This document shows positions 1 through 10,386 of a DNA stretch of 64,000 nt, piece after piece. The notes under the pieces are model-generated. The model saw nothing but the letters and a program-made list of their open reading frames with translations. It did no database searches and had not been told where the DNA came from. Every line of letters begins with the position of its first letter. Position 1 is the first letter of the stretch. The position numbers and the translations under genes were made by a program. The stretch is from a candidate division FCPU426 bacterium (GTDB taxonomy: Bacteria > Oederibacteriota > Muellerivitia > Muellerivitales > Muellerivitaceae). The DNA lies in contig CAVYSE010000018.1 of assembly GCA_963771075.1 (NCBI GenBank), positions 128,001 to 192,000 of the forward strand, written 5' to 3'.

Positions 1-82
1 TGCCATTATGAAAGACGGTGAGATGGATTTTGATATAGGCCGATATTTGCAAATGGCGAACCGGGAAAGTTTCGGGAGATGA
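1..82 (+). CDS. 3' end of an unidentified ORF (partial)
   Basis: Frame 2 is open from the window edge: AIMKDGEMDFDIGRYLQMANRESFGR*. A right-end copy of the inverted repeat follows at 98. Confidence 0.35.
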   Translation, partial: AIMKDGEMDFDIGRYLQMANRESFGR

Positions 83-97
83 AATAATTTAGTAGTT

Positions 98-120
98 CTT
101 GGCGGCTTGGCGGTGAAAAA
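98..120. repeat. Right-end copy of the 8-nt-periodic terminal repeat (GCCAAG flavour)
   Basis: CTTGGCggCTTGGCggtgaaaa, same architecture as CTTCGCgtCTTCGCggtgaaaa at 14009. Confidence 0.7.
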
Positions 121-124
121 AGAT

Positions 125-314
125 TTAGGGGGCTAATATCAAATTCGCCATTTTTTCCCTGACCTCGATGTGGGAGAGGGTTTGGCGGGTATCGGCCTGT
201 TGAAGACCCTTTTCGATTTTCGCCAGGAACAACAATCGCTCCATGGCGTCTTCAATGGAAGCGTTTTTCGGAAGGGCTTGAACAGCTTTGAGTGTTTTTT
301 GTTTCGCGGTCATA
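125..314 (-). CDS. Small antitoxin-like (addiction-module type) protein, C-terminus possibly altered
   Basis: MTAKQKTLKAVQALPKNASIEDAMERLLFLAKIEKGLQQADTRQTLSHIEVREKM resembles small antitoxins found beside RelE/ParE toxins. No toxin gene is adjacent. Confidence 0.6.
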
Positions 315-360
315 AAAGAAGAATAACAGCATTGATGGGCTGGTTCAATATTTCGGTTTT

Positions 361-383
361 CTTCGCGTCTTCGCGGTAAAAAA
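361..383. repeat. Terminal-repeat copy (GCGAAG flavour), unpaired
   Basis: CTTCGCGTCTTCGCGGT is identical to 14009-14025. Confidence 0.8.
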
Positions 384-400
384 GCCTTTAGGGGGCGAAC

Positions 401-1591
401 ATGAAAGAAGTGGTCATCGTGGACGGGGTCCGGACGCCCATGGGCGTTTTGGGCGGGGCCTTGAAAGACGTTCCGGCGCAGGACCTGGCCGTCGCGGTCA
501 TCAGGGAGATCGTGAAGCGTAACAACCTGAAAGGCAGCGAGGTCGAGGAAGTGATCCTGGGCTGCGTGGGGCACTCCTCGGACGCCTTAAACGTGGCCCG
601 GGTCTCGGCGTTGATAGCGGGACTTCCCAAAGAGACGACCGGTTATACGGTCCAGCGCAACTGCTCCTCAGGGATGCAGGCGGTCGTTAACGCCTTCCAG
701 AATATCCAATGCGGGGACGCGGATGTGCATATCGCGGGCGGGACCGAGTCCATGAGCCGGGCGCCCTACCTCAACCGGGATATGCGCTTTGGCAAGCGGA
801 TGCGGGATTCCATCATGGTGGACAGCCTGACGGAAGGCCTGACCGACGCGGTATGCCACCTCATCATGGGCCAGACGGCAGAGGTTTTGGCCGAGGAATT
901 CCAGATTTCACGTAAGGAACAGGACGAATACGCCGTCCAAAGCCATAAAAAGGCTTTCCGGGCCCAGCGGGAAAACAAGTTCAAGGAAGAGATCGTGCCG
1001 GTCATGGTGCCGAAAAAGGTGCTGGGAAAGCCCGTGACCCCCGAGCCGGTCAACCAGGATGAAGGCATCAACGCCGCGCTGAATGAGCAAAGCCTGGCCA
1101 CCTACCCCACTATCTTCAAGGAGAACGGAACCGTGACCCCCGGCAATTCCTGCGGTATCAACGACGGAGCCTGCGCCTTGCTGGTGATGAGCAGGGAAAA
1201 GGCCGACGCCTTGGGTTATCAACCCCTGGGTTATATCCGTTCTTACGCCTTCGCGGGGGTTGAGCCGGAGAGGATGGGCATCGGGCCGGCTCTTGCTATC
1301 CCCAAGGCCTTGAAAAAAGGCGGGTTGGAAATGAAGGACATGGGTTTGATCGAGATCAATGAGGCTTTCTCGGCCCAGATCCTGGCGGTGGACCGGATGC
1401 TCAAAATGAACCGGGAAATCTTGAACGTGAACGGCGGTGCCATCGCCATCGGGCATCCGGTAGGAATGACCGGCGCCCGGTTGATCTTGACGGCATTAAG
1501 GGAAATGGCCCGCCGTAACGTTAACTTATCCGTTATTTCCATGTGCGTGGGCGGAGGCATTGGAGGAGCGATGGTGTTTGAAAGGAAATAA
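401..1591 (+). CDS. Acetyl-CoA C-acyltransferase (thiolase)
   Basis: RTP motif, catalytic RNCSSG, NEAF, GHPVG, CVGGG. Confidence 0.95.
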   Translation: MKEVVIVDGVRTPMGVLGGALKDVPAQDLAVAVIREIVKRNNLKGSEVEEVILGCVGHSSDALNVARVSALIAGLPKETTGYTVQRNCSSGMQAVVNAFQNIQCGDADVHIAGGTESMSRAPYLNRDMRFGKRMRDSIMVDSLTEGLTDAVCHLIMGQTAEVLAEEFQISRKEQDEYAVQSHKKAFRAQRENKFKEEIVPVMVPKKVLGKPVTPEPVNQDEGINAALNEQSLATYPTIFKENGTVTPGNSCGINDGACALLVMSREKADALGYQPLGYIRSYAFAGVEPERMGIGPALAIPKALKKGGLEMKDMGLIEINEAFSAQILAVDRMLKMNREILNVNGGAIAIGHPVGMTGARLILTALREMARRNVNLSVISMCVGGGIGGAMVFERK

Positions 1592-1593
1592 TC

Positions 1594-1660
1594 TAGTCGA
1601 CCGTTCGCAGTCGGCAGTCGACGGTTTAACTGTGAGCTGTCGATGGTCGACCGTGGACTA
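1594..1660. repeat. 7-nt-periodic imperfect palindrome
   Basis: tagtcga ccgttcg cagtcgg cagtcga cggtt / aactg tgagctg tcgatgg tcgaccg tggacta. Confidence 0.7.
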
Positions 1661-1694
1661 ATAACCTGTTAATCGTGTGATGGGGGAGGAAGAA

Positions 1695-2906
1695 ATGTTT
1701 ATCTACAAGGCGGGAGTTGTCGGTGCGGGCGCCATGGGGGCGGGGATCGCCCAGGTTATATCCTTCTCTGGACTTCCGGTTGTTTTGAAAGACACGGACG
1801 AAGCTCGTGTGAAAAAGGGGCTCGATACCGTCCGCAAGATCTACCAGGGCCGGGTGGATAAGGGCAAGATGGCCCCCTCGGAGATGGAACAAAAGGTGCC
1901 GCTGGTTCAGGGAACCACTTCCTGGGACGATTTCAAGGATTGCGACATCGTCATTGAGGCGGTATTCGAGAACATGCAGGCCAAGCAGGATGTTTTCCGG
2001 GAAATGGAAAAGGCCCTGCCCGAAACCGCCATTATGGCCACCAACACCTCCGCCCTTTCCATCACCCAGATCGCTTCGTCCGTGAAAAGGTCCGAAAAGG
2101 TCATCGGCCTTCACTTCTTCAACCCGGCCGGGGCCATGAAACTGGTGGAGGTGATTCCGGGCCTGCAAACATCCCACGACACGGTGGATGACACGGTGGC
2201 CTTTTCCGAATCGCTCCGTAAGTTTCCCGTCAGGGTCAAGGAATGCGCGGGGTTTCTCGTGAACCGGCTCTTACTGCCTTTCCTCAACGAATCCGCCTTT
2301 GCCCTGCAGGAAGGCTCCGCTAGCGCGGAAGATATCGACGCGGCCCTCCTGGCCTTCGGCATGCCCATGGGCCCCATCGCCTTGATGGACCTGTTGGGGT
2401 TGGAGGTTTGCGCGGATGTGGCGACGATCCTCTATGATTCCTTCGGCCCCCGCATGAAGGTGGCGGAAATCCTCTATGAAATGAAAAAGGCGGGCCGGTT
2501 CGGGGTTAAAAACGGGATGGGCTTTTATTCTTACGACGAGGCCAAAAAGGCCGATTTGAAATCCCTTGTGGAGGCGATCCAGCAAAAAACAGGGATCCAG
2601 GGAACACCCTTCAGCCTGGAAAGGCTCTTGTTCCAAATGATCAACGAGGCCGCCTACTGCCTGGAAGAAAACGTGGCCTCCCCCGGGGATATCGACCTGG
2701 CTATGATGGCTGGCACGGGATTTCCGCAGGACAAGGGCGGGCCTTTGCACCTGGCGGACGCGCTGGGCGTGGACGTAGTATTGGCTAAGCTGAACGATTT
2801 CTCAAAGCAACTGGGCCCCCGGTTTTGGCCCGCCCCCATCTTGAAACGAATGGTTTCTGCGAATTACTTGGGACAAAAGGCGAAAAAAGGATTTTTCAAC
2901 TACTAA
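1695..2906 (+). CDS. 3-hydroxyacyl-CoA dehydrogenase with duplicated C-terminal domain
   Basis: GAGAMG Rossmann motif, EAVFE, TNTS, GLHFFNPA, two C-terminal dimerisation-type domains; GGAGG RBS before ATG 1695. Confidence 0.93.
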   Translation: MFIYKAGVVGAGAMGAGIAQVISFSGLPVVLKDTDEARVKKGLDTVRKIYQGRVDKGKMAPSEMEQKVPLVQGTTSWDDFKDCDIVIEAVFENMQAKQDVFREMEKALPETAIMATNTSALSITQIASSVKRSEKVIGLHFFNPAGAMKLVEVIPGLQTSHDTVDDTVAFSESLRKFPVRVKECAGFLVNRLLLPFLNESAFALQEGSASAEDIDAALLAFGMPMGPIALMDLLGLEVCADVATILYDSFGPRMKVAEILYEMKKAGRFGVKNGMGFYSYDEAKKADLKSLVEAIQQKTGIQGTPFSLERLLFQMINEAAYCLEENVASPGDIDLAMMAGTGFPQDKGGPLHLADALGVDVVLAKLNDFSKQLGPRFWPAPILKRMVSANYLGQKAKKGFFNY

Positions 2907-2914
2907 CCAAACAA

Positions 2915-2977
2915 CAGCCATTAGCTCTTGGACATTAGCTTTTAGCTAACGGCCAACCGCTGAGGGCTAACAGCTGA
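2915..2977. repeat. 7-nt-periodic imperfect palindrome
   Basis: cagccat tagctct tggacat tagcttt tagct / aacggcc aaccgct gagggct aacagct g, centred on TTAGCTAA. Confidence 0.7.
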
Positions 2978-2999
2978 GGCCGGCGACCAAGGAGGAGAA

Positions 3000-3779
3000 A
3001 TGGGACAGTTCGTAAACACTTCTATTGAGGCAAAAGTAGCGACGGTGAGGATCAACAATCCGCCCGTGAACGTGCTTACTCAGGCGGTCATGAAAGAACT
3101 GGAAGGCGTCTTCGATGAGCTGGCTGGGAACAAAGAGGTGAAATGCATCGTCTTAACTGGCACGGGCCAAACCTTCATCGCCGGGGCTGACATCAAGCAC
3201 ATGGCCACGATCCGTACCCCCGAGGACGGCAAGAAAGCGGCCGGTGAGGGCCAGCGGCTATTCATGAAAATCGAGCGCATGGAAAAGCCGGTCATCGCGG
3301 CCATCAATGGGGTCTGTTTGGGAGGAGGAACCGAACTGGCCCTGGCCTGCCATATCCGATTCTGTTCCGACCGCGCCCGTTTGGGACAACCCGAGACTAA
3401 GCTGGGTATTATCCCCGGTTTCGGTGGAACCCAAAGGCTAACCCGTTTGGTGGGACGGGCCAAGGCGTTAGAATGGATCTTGACCGGGGATAATATCGCC
3501 CCAAAGGACGCCGAAGACGCGGGGTTGGTCAATCACGTGATTCCCGACGCCGAGTTGCTCCGCCAGGTCCAGGGTTTCGCGAAGAAGGTGGCCATGCAGC
3601 CCATGAGCGCCCTGAAACAGGTTTTAATCGCGGTGCGGGACGGGTTGCAGGAGCCCAACCTGGATCAGGCGATGAAAATAGAATTGGAATCCTTCGGAAA
3701 GTGCTGTGAATCCCCTGACATGGGGGAGGGTATTGCTTCCTTCATCGAGAAACGCCAACCAAAGTTCACGGATCAATGA
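3000..3779 (+). CDS. Enoyl-CoA hydratase (crotonase family)
   Basis: FIAGADI, GGGTELALAC, GQPETKLGIIPGFGGTQRL; AAGGAGG RBS. Confidence 0.95.
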   Translation: MGQFVNTSIEAKVATVRINNPPVNVLTQAVMKELEGVFDELAGNKEVKCIVLTGTGQTFIAGADIKHMATIRTPEDGKKAAGEGQRLFMKIERMEKPVIAAINGVCLGGGTELALACHIRFCSDRARLGQPETKLGIIPGFGGTQRLTRLVGRAKALEWILTGDNIAPKDAEDAGLVNHVIPDAELLRQVQGFAKKVAMQPMSALKQVLIAVRDGLQEPNLDQAMKIELESFGKCCESPDMGEGIASFIEKRQPKFTDQ

Positions 3780-3785
3780 CAAAAA

Positions 3786-3896
3786 TTTTTTTACCGCGAA
3801 GTCGCGAAGAAAAGCTAAACACCCAGATTGGAACCCCAAGATGAATTTGATAAGTATTGAACGACATTTTGAGGTATTTTTCGCGTCTTCGCGATG
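3786..3896. mobile_element. Empty MITE-like element bounded by GxxExxY-type inverted repeats
   Basis: ttttACCGCGAAGtcGCGAAG (3786-3809) ... tTTCGCgtCTTCGCgaT (3879-3895), AT-rich interior. Confidence 0.65.
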
Positions 3897-3950
3897 GGAT
3901 AGGTTTTTGTTAGACCTTTTTAAGATGGGGAGAGAAAACGAAGGGAACCC

Positions 3951-4820
3951 TTGAAGAAGAAAATAAAAAAACACAACAAGCCCTTTCACACGCTGGAGCA
4001 ACTTCGGGAAGCCCGGCAAGAAAACCAGTTTAAGGTCGGTGTCGCCCTTTGCGGCGGGGTGGCTTACGGGATCATGCAGATCGGCATCTTGAAAGCCCTG
4101 GAGGAAGCGGGCATCCCGGTGGATTGCCTGGCAGGCACCAGCGCGGGGTCCATCATCGCGGCGGGTTACGCCTCGGGGCTACCTATCCAGCATATTGAGG
4201 AGATCGGCATCCACACCCATTGGGGCGAGTTGTTTTCCCTGAAAATGTCCCGCATGGGACTGGTTTCCTCCGGACCCATCGAGGATTACATCCGCAAGTA
4301 CTTCAAGGTCGCGACTTTCGAGGAGCTCAAGAAACCCCTGGCGGTGGTGGCCACCGATATCTGTTCCGGCGAGGAAGTGGTGTTCACCCATGGGCCCCTG
4401 GACAAGGCGGTGCGGGCTTCCTGCTCGATTCCCGGAATTTACACCCCGGTGGAAATGGCGGGACGGCAGTTGGTGGACGGCGGGATGGCGGAAAATGTTC
4501 CGGTCCTGGCCCTGAAAAGCCTGGGAGCGGATATCGTGATCGCCTGCAATGTCTTCGGCCACCCCCAGGTTTTCCCCAAGGCGACCAACGTTTTCCAGAT
4601 CCTCATGCGGGTCTGGTATTTCTTCGTGTCGGAGGAAGTCTCCTGGCGGGAATCGGCCGATATTATCATTGAGCCCGACCTGCGAAAATTCGATTTGTTC
4701 AGCTTTGATAAGGGGAAGACCCTGATCGAAAAGGGCCGTCAAGAAGCCAAAAAGCATATTCCCAAACTGCAACAAACCATGCAGCGCCGTTTTTTCCTGA
4801 GGCCTGAAATCTACCGATAG
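3951..4820 (+). CDS. Patatin-like phospholipase (RssA/NTE family)
   Basis: CGGVAYG, GTSAG nucleophile elbow, ASCSIPG, DGG. Confidence 0.9.
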   Translation: MKKKIKKHNKPFHTLEQLREARQENQFKVGVALCGGVAYGIMQIGILKALEEAGIPVDCLAGTSAGSIIAAGYASGLPIQHIEEIGIHTHWGELFSLKMSRMGLVSSGPIEDYIRKYFKVATFEELKKPLAVVATDICSGEEVVFTHGPLDKAVRASCSIPGIYTPVEMAGRQLVDGGMAENVPVLALKSLGADIVIACNVFGHPQVFPKATNVFQILMRVWYFFVSEEVSWRESADIIIEPDLRKFDLFSFDKGKTLIEKGRQEAKKHIPKLQQTMQRRFFLRPEIYR

Positions 4821-4836
4821 ACAAACTCCATCAAAA

Positions 4837-4973
4837 TTTTCCACCCCGAAGGGCCGAAGTTAAATCAATGTTAAGCCCGATTTAAGGTATTTCTTCCCGT
4901 GGTTGCCCCAAAGGGTGAGTTTTTTCAATTTGTTATGACCCTTAATGCCATCCTCGTGTCTTCGCGGTGGAAA
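4837..4973. mobile_element. Degenerate empty MITE-like element
   Basis: tttccaccCCGAAGggCCGAAG (4838-4859) ... CCTCGTgtCTTCGCggtggaaa (4952-4973). Confidence 0.6.
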
Positions 4974-5009
4974 TCCTTGTTTTTCCTTATCCTTTGACGG
5001 TTCGCTCCC

Positions 5010-5038
5010 TTGACTCCCTTGGGGCCCGTGCTTATATT
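5010..5038 (+). promoter_or_regulatory. Sigma70-type promoter of groES-groEL
   Basis: TTGACT-N17-TATATT just upstream of the CIRCE. Confidence 0.8.
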
Positions 5039-5047
5039 AACGCCCTC

Positions 5048-5074
5048 TTAGCACTCGTTCTAATTGAGTGCTAA
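5048..5074. promoter_or_regulatory. CIRCE element (HrcA operator)
   Basis: Perfect TTAGCACTC-N9-GAGTGCTAA. Confidence 0.97.
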
Positions 5075-5163
5075 ATCGACTCATTCGGTTTTTAACAACA
5101 AGTTTCATGTCCCGCGGGCCCCGTTCTAAAGGGCCCGGGATTCAAATCACAGGAGGTTGGTTG

Positions 5164-5454
5164 ATGAAATTCCGTCCTTTGTATGACCGCATCATGGTGG
5201 AACGCGTGGAAGAGGAAGAAAAGACCAAAACCGGGATCATCATTCCCGACGCGGCTCGTGAGAAGCAGCAGCGCGGAAAGGTGATTTCCGTGGGTAAGGG
5301 CCGAGTCACTGAGAAGGGTGAAATTATTCCCCTGATCGTGAAAGAGGGGGACGTGGTCCTCTTCGAGAAATACGGCGGCGAGGACCTCAAGATCGACGGC
5401 AAAGAATACGTCGTATTGAAGGAAGAGGGTGTCATCGGGATCGTGGAAGGCTGA
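5164..5454 (+). CDS. groES: Co-chaperonin GroES
   Basis: MKFRPLYDRI, GIIIPD, KYGG; AGGAGG RBS at 5151. Confidence 0.97.
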   Translation: MKFRPLYDRIMVERVEEEEKTKTGIIIPDAAREKQQRGKVISVGKGRVTEKGEIIPLIVKEGDVVLFEKYGGEDLKIDGKEYVVLKEEGVIGIVEG

Positions 5455-5494
5455 TTTTTAGCAGGTTCAACATTCACTTTTTAACATTCGATAA

Positions 5495-7153
<1,659 letters not shown>

Positions 7154-7156
7154 AAG

Positions 7157-7204
7157 CAGTCCGCAGTCGACAGCTAACGGTCGACGGCTAGAAGCAAAGG
7201 CTAA
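7157..7204. repeat. 7-nt-periodic imperfect palindrome
   Basis: cagtccg cagtcga cagct / aacggtc gacggct agaagca aaggct. Confidence 0.55.
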
Positions 7205-7207
7205 ATC

Positions 7208-7244
7208 AAAAGCCCTCGGCGAAGACGCCGGGGGCTTTTTGCTT
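7208..7244 (+). terminator. Rho-independent terminator after groEL
   Basis: aaaAGCCCTCGGC-gaagac-GCCGGGGGCT followed by a T run. Confidence 0.88.
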
Positions 7245-7264
7245 TATGGAGCCCAGAGGTGGCG

Positions 7265-7293
7265 TTGACACTACCCGGTTCCATCCCTATTAT
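7265..7293 (+). promoter_or_regulatory. Sigma70-type promoter
   Basis: TTGACA-N17-TATTAT. Confidence 0.8.
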
Positions 7294-7326
7294 TAAGTTC
7301 ACTTAGAGAGAAAAAGGGGAAAAACA

Positions 7327-7632
7327 ATGCCGAATTACGACTATGCCTGCGATAAATGCGGGAAATTTGAGGTTTGGCAATCCATAAAGGATAATGCCCT
7401 AACCGCCTGCCCGACCTGCGGGTCCAAGGTGGAAAGGCTGATCTCGGCCAATGTGGGTTTTATCCTGAAGGGATCAGGGTTCTACCAGAATGAATACAAG
7501 AATAAACCGGCGGCACCGGTGATGGATAAGAAACAACCCGCTCCGGCTGTTGAAACCACCCCCCCGGCTTCTTGCGCGGCGGGAGATGCCTGTTGCGGCG
7601 GGGTTTGCAGCACGGCTTCATCGGATAATTGA
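7327..7632 (+). CDS. FmdB-family zinc-ribbon protein
   Basis: MPNYDYACDKCG...CPTCG...FILKGSGFY; extra Cys-rich tail. Confidence 0.9.
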   Translation: MPNYDYACDKCGKFEVWQSIKDNALTACPTCGSKVERLISANVGFILKGSGFYQNEYKNKPAAPVMDKKQPAPAVETTPPASCAAGDACCGGVCSTASSDN

Positions 7633-7661
7633 TTATTTAATATAACTTCGGGAGTCTAAGC

Positions 7662-7847
7662 ATGGCACCAGGATGGATCATCGGGATCGTAGTGGGTTAC
7701 GTTTTTTTCAACCTGGGATTATGGAAGTCCGATTCCACACCCAAACCCCAGGACACCCTTTGGGCCATGGCCATGCTGGGGGGAACCCTGCTGATGTTCG
7801 TTTCCGTGCTGTTGTGGGCCGTTCCCAATTTCTTTACCGCTCCCTGA
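7662..7847 (+). CDS. Small two-TM membrane protein
   Basis: GGAG RBS, two hydrophobic segments. Confidence 0.55.
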   Translation: MAPGWIIGIVVGYVFFNLGLWKSDSTPKPQDTLWAMAMLGGTLLMFVSVLLWAVPNFFTAP

Positions 7848-7863
7848 ACCCTCGAGGAAACCC

Positions 7864-8193
7864 TTGAAAGAACTCATCAGCGAACAACAGGCCGACTGGA
7901 TCATCCTGGGTTTATCGGTCGCCATCGCGCTGGGTGGTTTGGTGTTCGGCTTCCTCTTCTCCAAAACCAAAAAGGGCGCTGAAAAAAAGGCCCATTGGGC
8001 CCAGGCCTTGCTGGTGACCCTCATCGGGTTGACCGTCTGGGGCTTTTGGAACCTTTACAATTCCATCGAGAATTACTACGGCCTGGATTCCCTGAAGGCC
8101 TTGGGCATCAATTTTTGTATCGCGGTCGGTTTGGGCCTTTTGTTTTTAGCCCTATTCTGGTTTGTCCCTTCCTGGGCCTCGAAATCCAAGTAG
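7864..8193 (+). CDS. Hypothetical three-TM membrane protein
   Basis: GAGG RBS, TTG start, three hydrophobic helices. Confidence 0.65.
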   Translation: MKELISEQQADWIILGLSVAIALGGLVFGFLFSKTKKGAEKKAHWAQALLVTLIGLTVWGFWNLYNSIENYYGLDSLKALGINFCIAVGLGLLFLALFWFVPSWASKSK

Positions 8194-8337
8194 TTTTCAC
8201 CGCGAAGAAAGACTTAAACCATCTATGTTTCAACACCAAGACACCCGGCCTTTTGAAACACAATCATTGGGTAATGGCCCGGAAACCAAACCATTAACCC
8301 GGCTATTCCCGATGCCCTCGCGCTTTCACGGTGAAAA
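8194..8337. mobile_element. Degenerate empty MITE-like element with an internal ACCAAG-flavour end
   Basis: ttttcaccGCGAAG (8194-8207) ... cctcgcgctttcacggtgaaaa (8316-8337); internal caccaagacacc near 8234. Confidence 0.6.
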
Positions 8338-8398
8338 ATGCGTCTTGTTTGGGACTTTTCACCAAAACTGCCACCGGGCAGAGTGCGTCTAAACGATC

Positions 8399-9289
8399 AT
8401 GAAATCCCCAAGTTCTTCCGATCCCCTTTCCGTATTAAGAGAAGTTAAAAGGCTCGAACTCGTCACCCGCGGGGCGGTGGACACCCTCTTGAAAGGTTCT
8501 TACAAGAGCACCTTCCGGGGCCAGGGTCTTGAATTCCACCAGGTGCGGGAATACGACCCCCAGGACGATTACCGTTCCATCGATTGGAACGTGACCGCCC
8601 GGCTGAACGCCCCCTACGTCAAGACCTTCATTGAGGAAAGGGAACTGCAGGTCATACTGGCGGTGGACCTTTCCGCGTCCCTCTGGTACGGCACAGGGCC
8701 TTCCAGCAAACGCGAGACCGCCCTGCGGCTTTGCGCCCTTTTGGCTTTTGCCGCCGTCCAGCACCAGGACCGGGTCGGGCTTCTCGTCTTCACGGACCGA
8801 GTTGAGTATTACGTGCCTCCCAAAAGGGGCAAGGCCGCTACCTTAGGCCTGCTGCGGACCCTCATTACCTTCAAGCCGAAGGGGAAAAAAACCCTCTTTC
8901 GTCCAGCCCTTCAAATGCTCACCAAAGTCCTGCGCCGCCGTAGCGTTCTTTTTTGGATCTCCGACTTTACCGAACCCATTCCCATGGAGGAGGCCAGCTT
9001 CCTCGCCAAGAGGCACGACATGGTCGCCGCGGTTTTGAAAGACCCCGTCGAAGCGGGTTTCAAGCTGCCCGCGAGGGTGGCGGTGCGGGATCCCGAGACC
9101 GGCAAGGTGGGTTTTCTATCGCCCGGGTCCATGAAGGCCTACCAAATGGCCGATGAGTTCCGGGAAAAACAGCTGAGGGCCTTGACCGCCAAGGGGGTGG
9201 ACCGGCTTAACCTGACCGCCGGGGCCGGGGTCGTGACCGCCTTGAAGGGTTTCTTCAAGACCCGCATGGAACGCATGGGCAGGCGCTGA
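8399..9289 (+). CDS. DUF58 protein (MoxR-associated)
   Basis: GLEFHQVREY, IDWNVTAR, DLSAS, ISDF. Confidence 0.93.
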   Translation: MKSPSSSDPLSVLREVKRLELVTRGAVDTLLKGSYKSTFRGQGLEFHQVREYDPQDDYRSIDWNVTARLNAPYVKTFIEERELQVILAVDLSASLWYGTGPSSKRETALRLCALLAFAAVQHQDRVGLLVFTDRVEYYVPPKRGKAATLGLLRTLITFKPKGKKTLFRPALQMLTKVLRRRSVLFWISDFTEPIPMEEASFLAKRHDMVAAVLKDPVEAGFKLPARVAVRDPETGKVGFLSPGSMKAYQMADEFREKQLRALTAKGVDRLNLTAGAGVVTALKGFFKTRMERMGRR

Positions 9290-10386
9290 TGATCCCCGGG
9301 AACTTCCATTTCGCCGACCCCCAATGGCTATACCTGGCCTTCGCGCTTCCCCTGGTGCCCCTGGCTTTTTACCTTTCCGCCCGGCTTAAGCCTTCCACCC
9401 TTTACCTTGGAAACCCCCGGCTCGTCGCGGCCGCGCCCAGCTTCTGGTCCGGGGTTTGGTTTCCCTGGCTCCTGCGGCTGTTGGTTCTTCTGCTTTGCAT
9501 CGTGGCCGCCGCCAAGCCCCAGGCCGGCCAAAAAAAAGTGGAGCAGAAAAAACAAGTGACCGACCTTTTCGTGGCCTTCGACGTTTCCGGCTCCATGCTC
9601 ACGGCCGATCTGAAACCCAACCGGGTTACCGCCGCCAAGAAGCTTCTTTCGGAGTTCCTGGACAAGGTTCAGGATGTGCGGGTGGGACTGACCGTTTTCG
9701 CCAGCATCAGTTTTACCCAGTGCCCCCTGACCACCGACATGGCCATCGTTAAAAAACTACTGGCCAACGTGGATGTCTATTCGGTCAAGCTGGATGGGAC
9801 CGCCATCGGGGACGCGCTCGTCTCAAGCTTGAATCGGATGCAACAAGGCATTGGAAAGATAGGCGGCGACGAAGAAACCAAACCCACACTGATTGGAAAA
9901 TTACTGGCCGAACCCACTCCAAGCGGCGAAGCCGCGCCCAAGGACACCCAGGCGATCCTTCTTCTCACGGACGGGGGCAACAACGCCGGGATCGTGGACC
10001 CCCTTCAAGCGGCCCGGATCCTAGCCTCCAAGGGCGTGAAGGTTTACGCCATCGGGGTGGGTGGAAATGGTTCAGCCAACCTGTTTTACCAGGGACGGAC
10101 TTACGCCCAAACCGATCAATATGGAAACCCGCTTCACGACGAAGGGGTGGACAAGGTGCTTTTAGGTGAAATCGCACGCATTACGGGGGGAAGGGTTTAT
10201 TTTGCCCAGAACAACCAAGCCCTCGAGAGCGTCTTAAAAGACATAGCCCAGCTTCAAAAAAGAGAGGTTTCCACCGTAACCAGCTGGCAATACGAGGAAC
10301 TGGGTTTTTGGTTCCTATTGGCCGCTTTTGCCCTATTGCTCCTGGACTTGGTTTTGGAAACCACCCTATTGAGGACCTTGCCATGA
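9289..10386 (+). CDS. batA: BatA-like VWA membrane protein
   Basis: N-terminal F..P.WL, MIDAS DVSGSM, GTAIGDA, LLTDG, C-terminal TM ending RTLP. Confidence 0.88.
   Translation: MIPGNFHFADPQWLYLAFALPLVPLAFYLSARLKPSTLYLGNPRLVAAAPSFWSGVWFPWLLRLLVLLLCIVAAAKPQAGQKKVEQKKQVTDLFVAFDVSGSMLTADLKPNRVTAAKKLLSEFLDKVQDVRVGLTVFASISFTQCPLTTDMAIVKKLLANVDVYSVKLDGTAIGDALVSSLNRMQQGIGKIGGDEETKPTLIGKLLAEPTPSGEAAPKDTQAILLLTDGGNNAGIVDPLQAARILASKGVKVYAIGVGGNGSANLFYQGRTYAQTDQYGNPLHDEGVDKVLLGEIARITGGRVYFAQNNQALESVLKDIAQLQKREVSTVTSWQYEELGFWFLLAAFALLLLDLVLETTLLRTLP

Noticed and set aside
301..314. gtttcgcggtca as another terminal-repeat copy
   Set aside because: It is the MTAK start of the antitoxin-like gene and has only half the motif.
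8363..8392. ECF-sigma-like promoter (AAAC-N17-CGTCTAA), with a similar one at ~46781-46810 before the Spy gene
   Set aside because: Short motif with inconsistent spacing; cannot be supported without TSS data.
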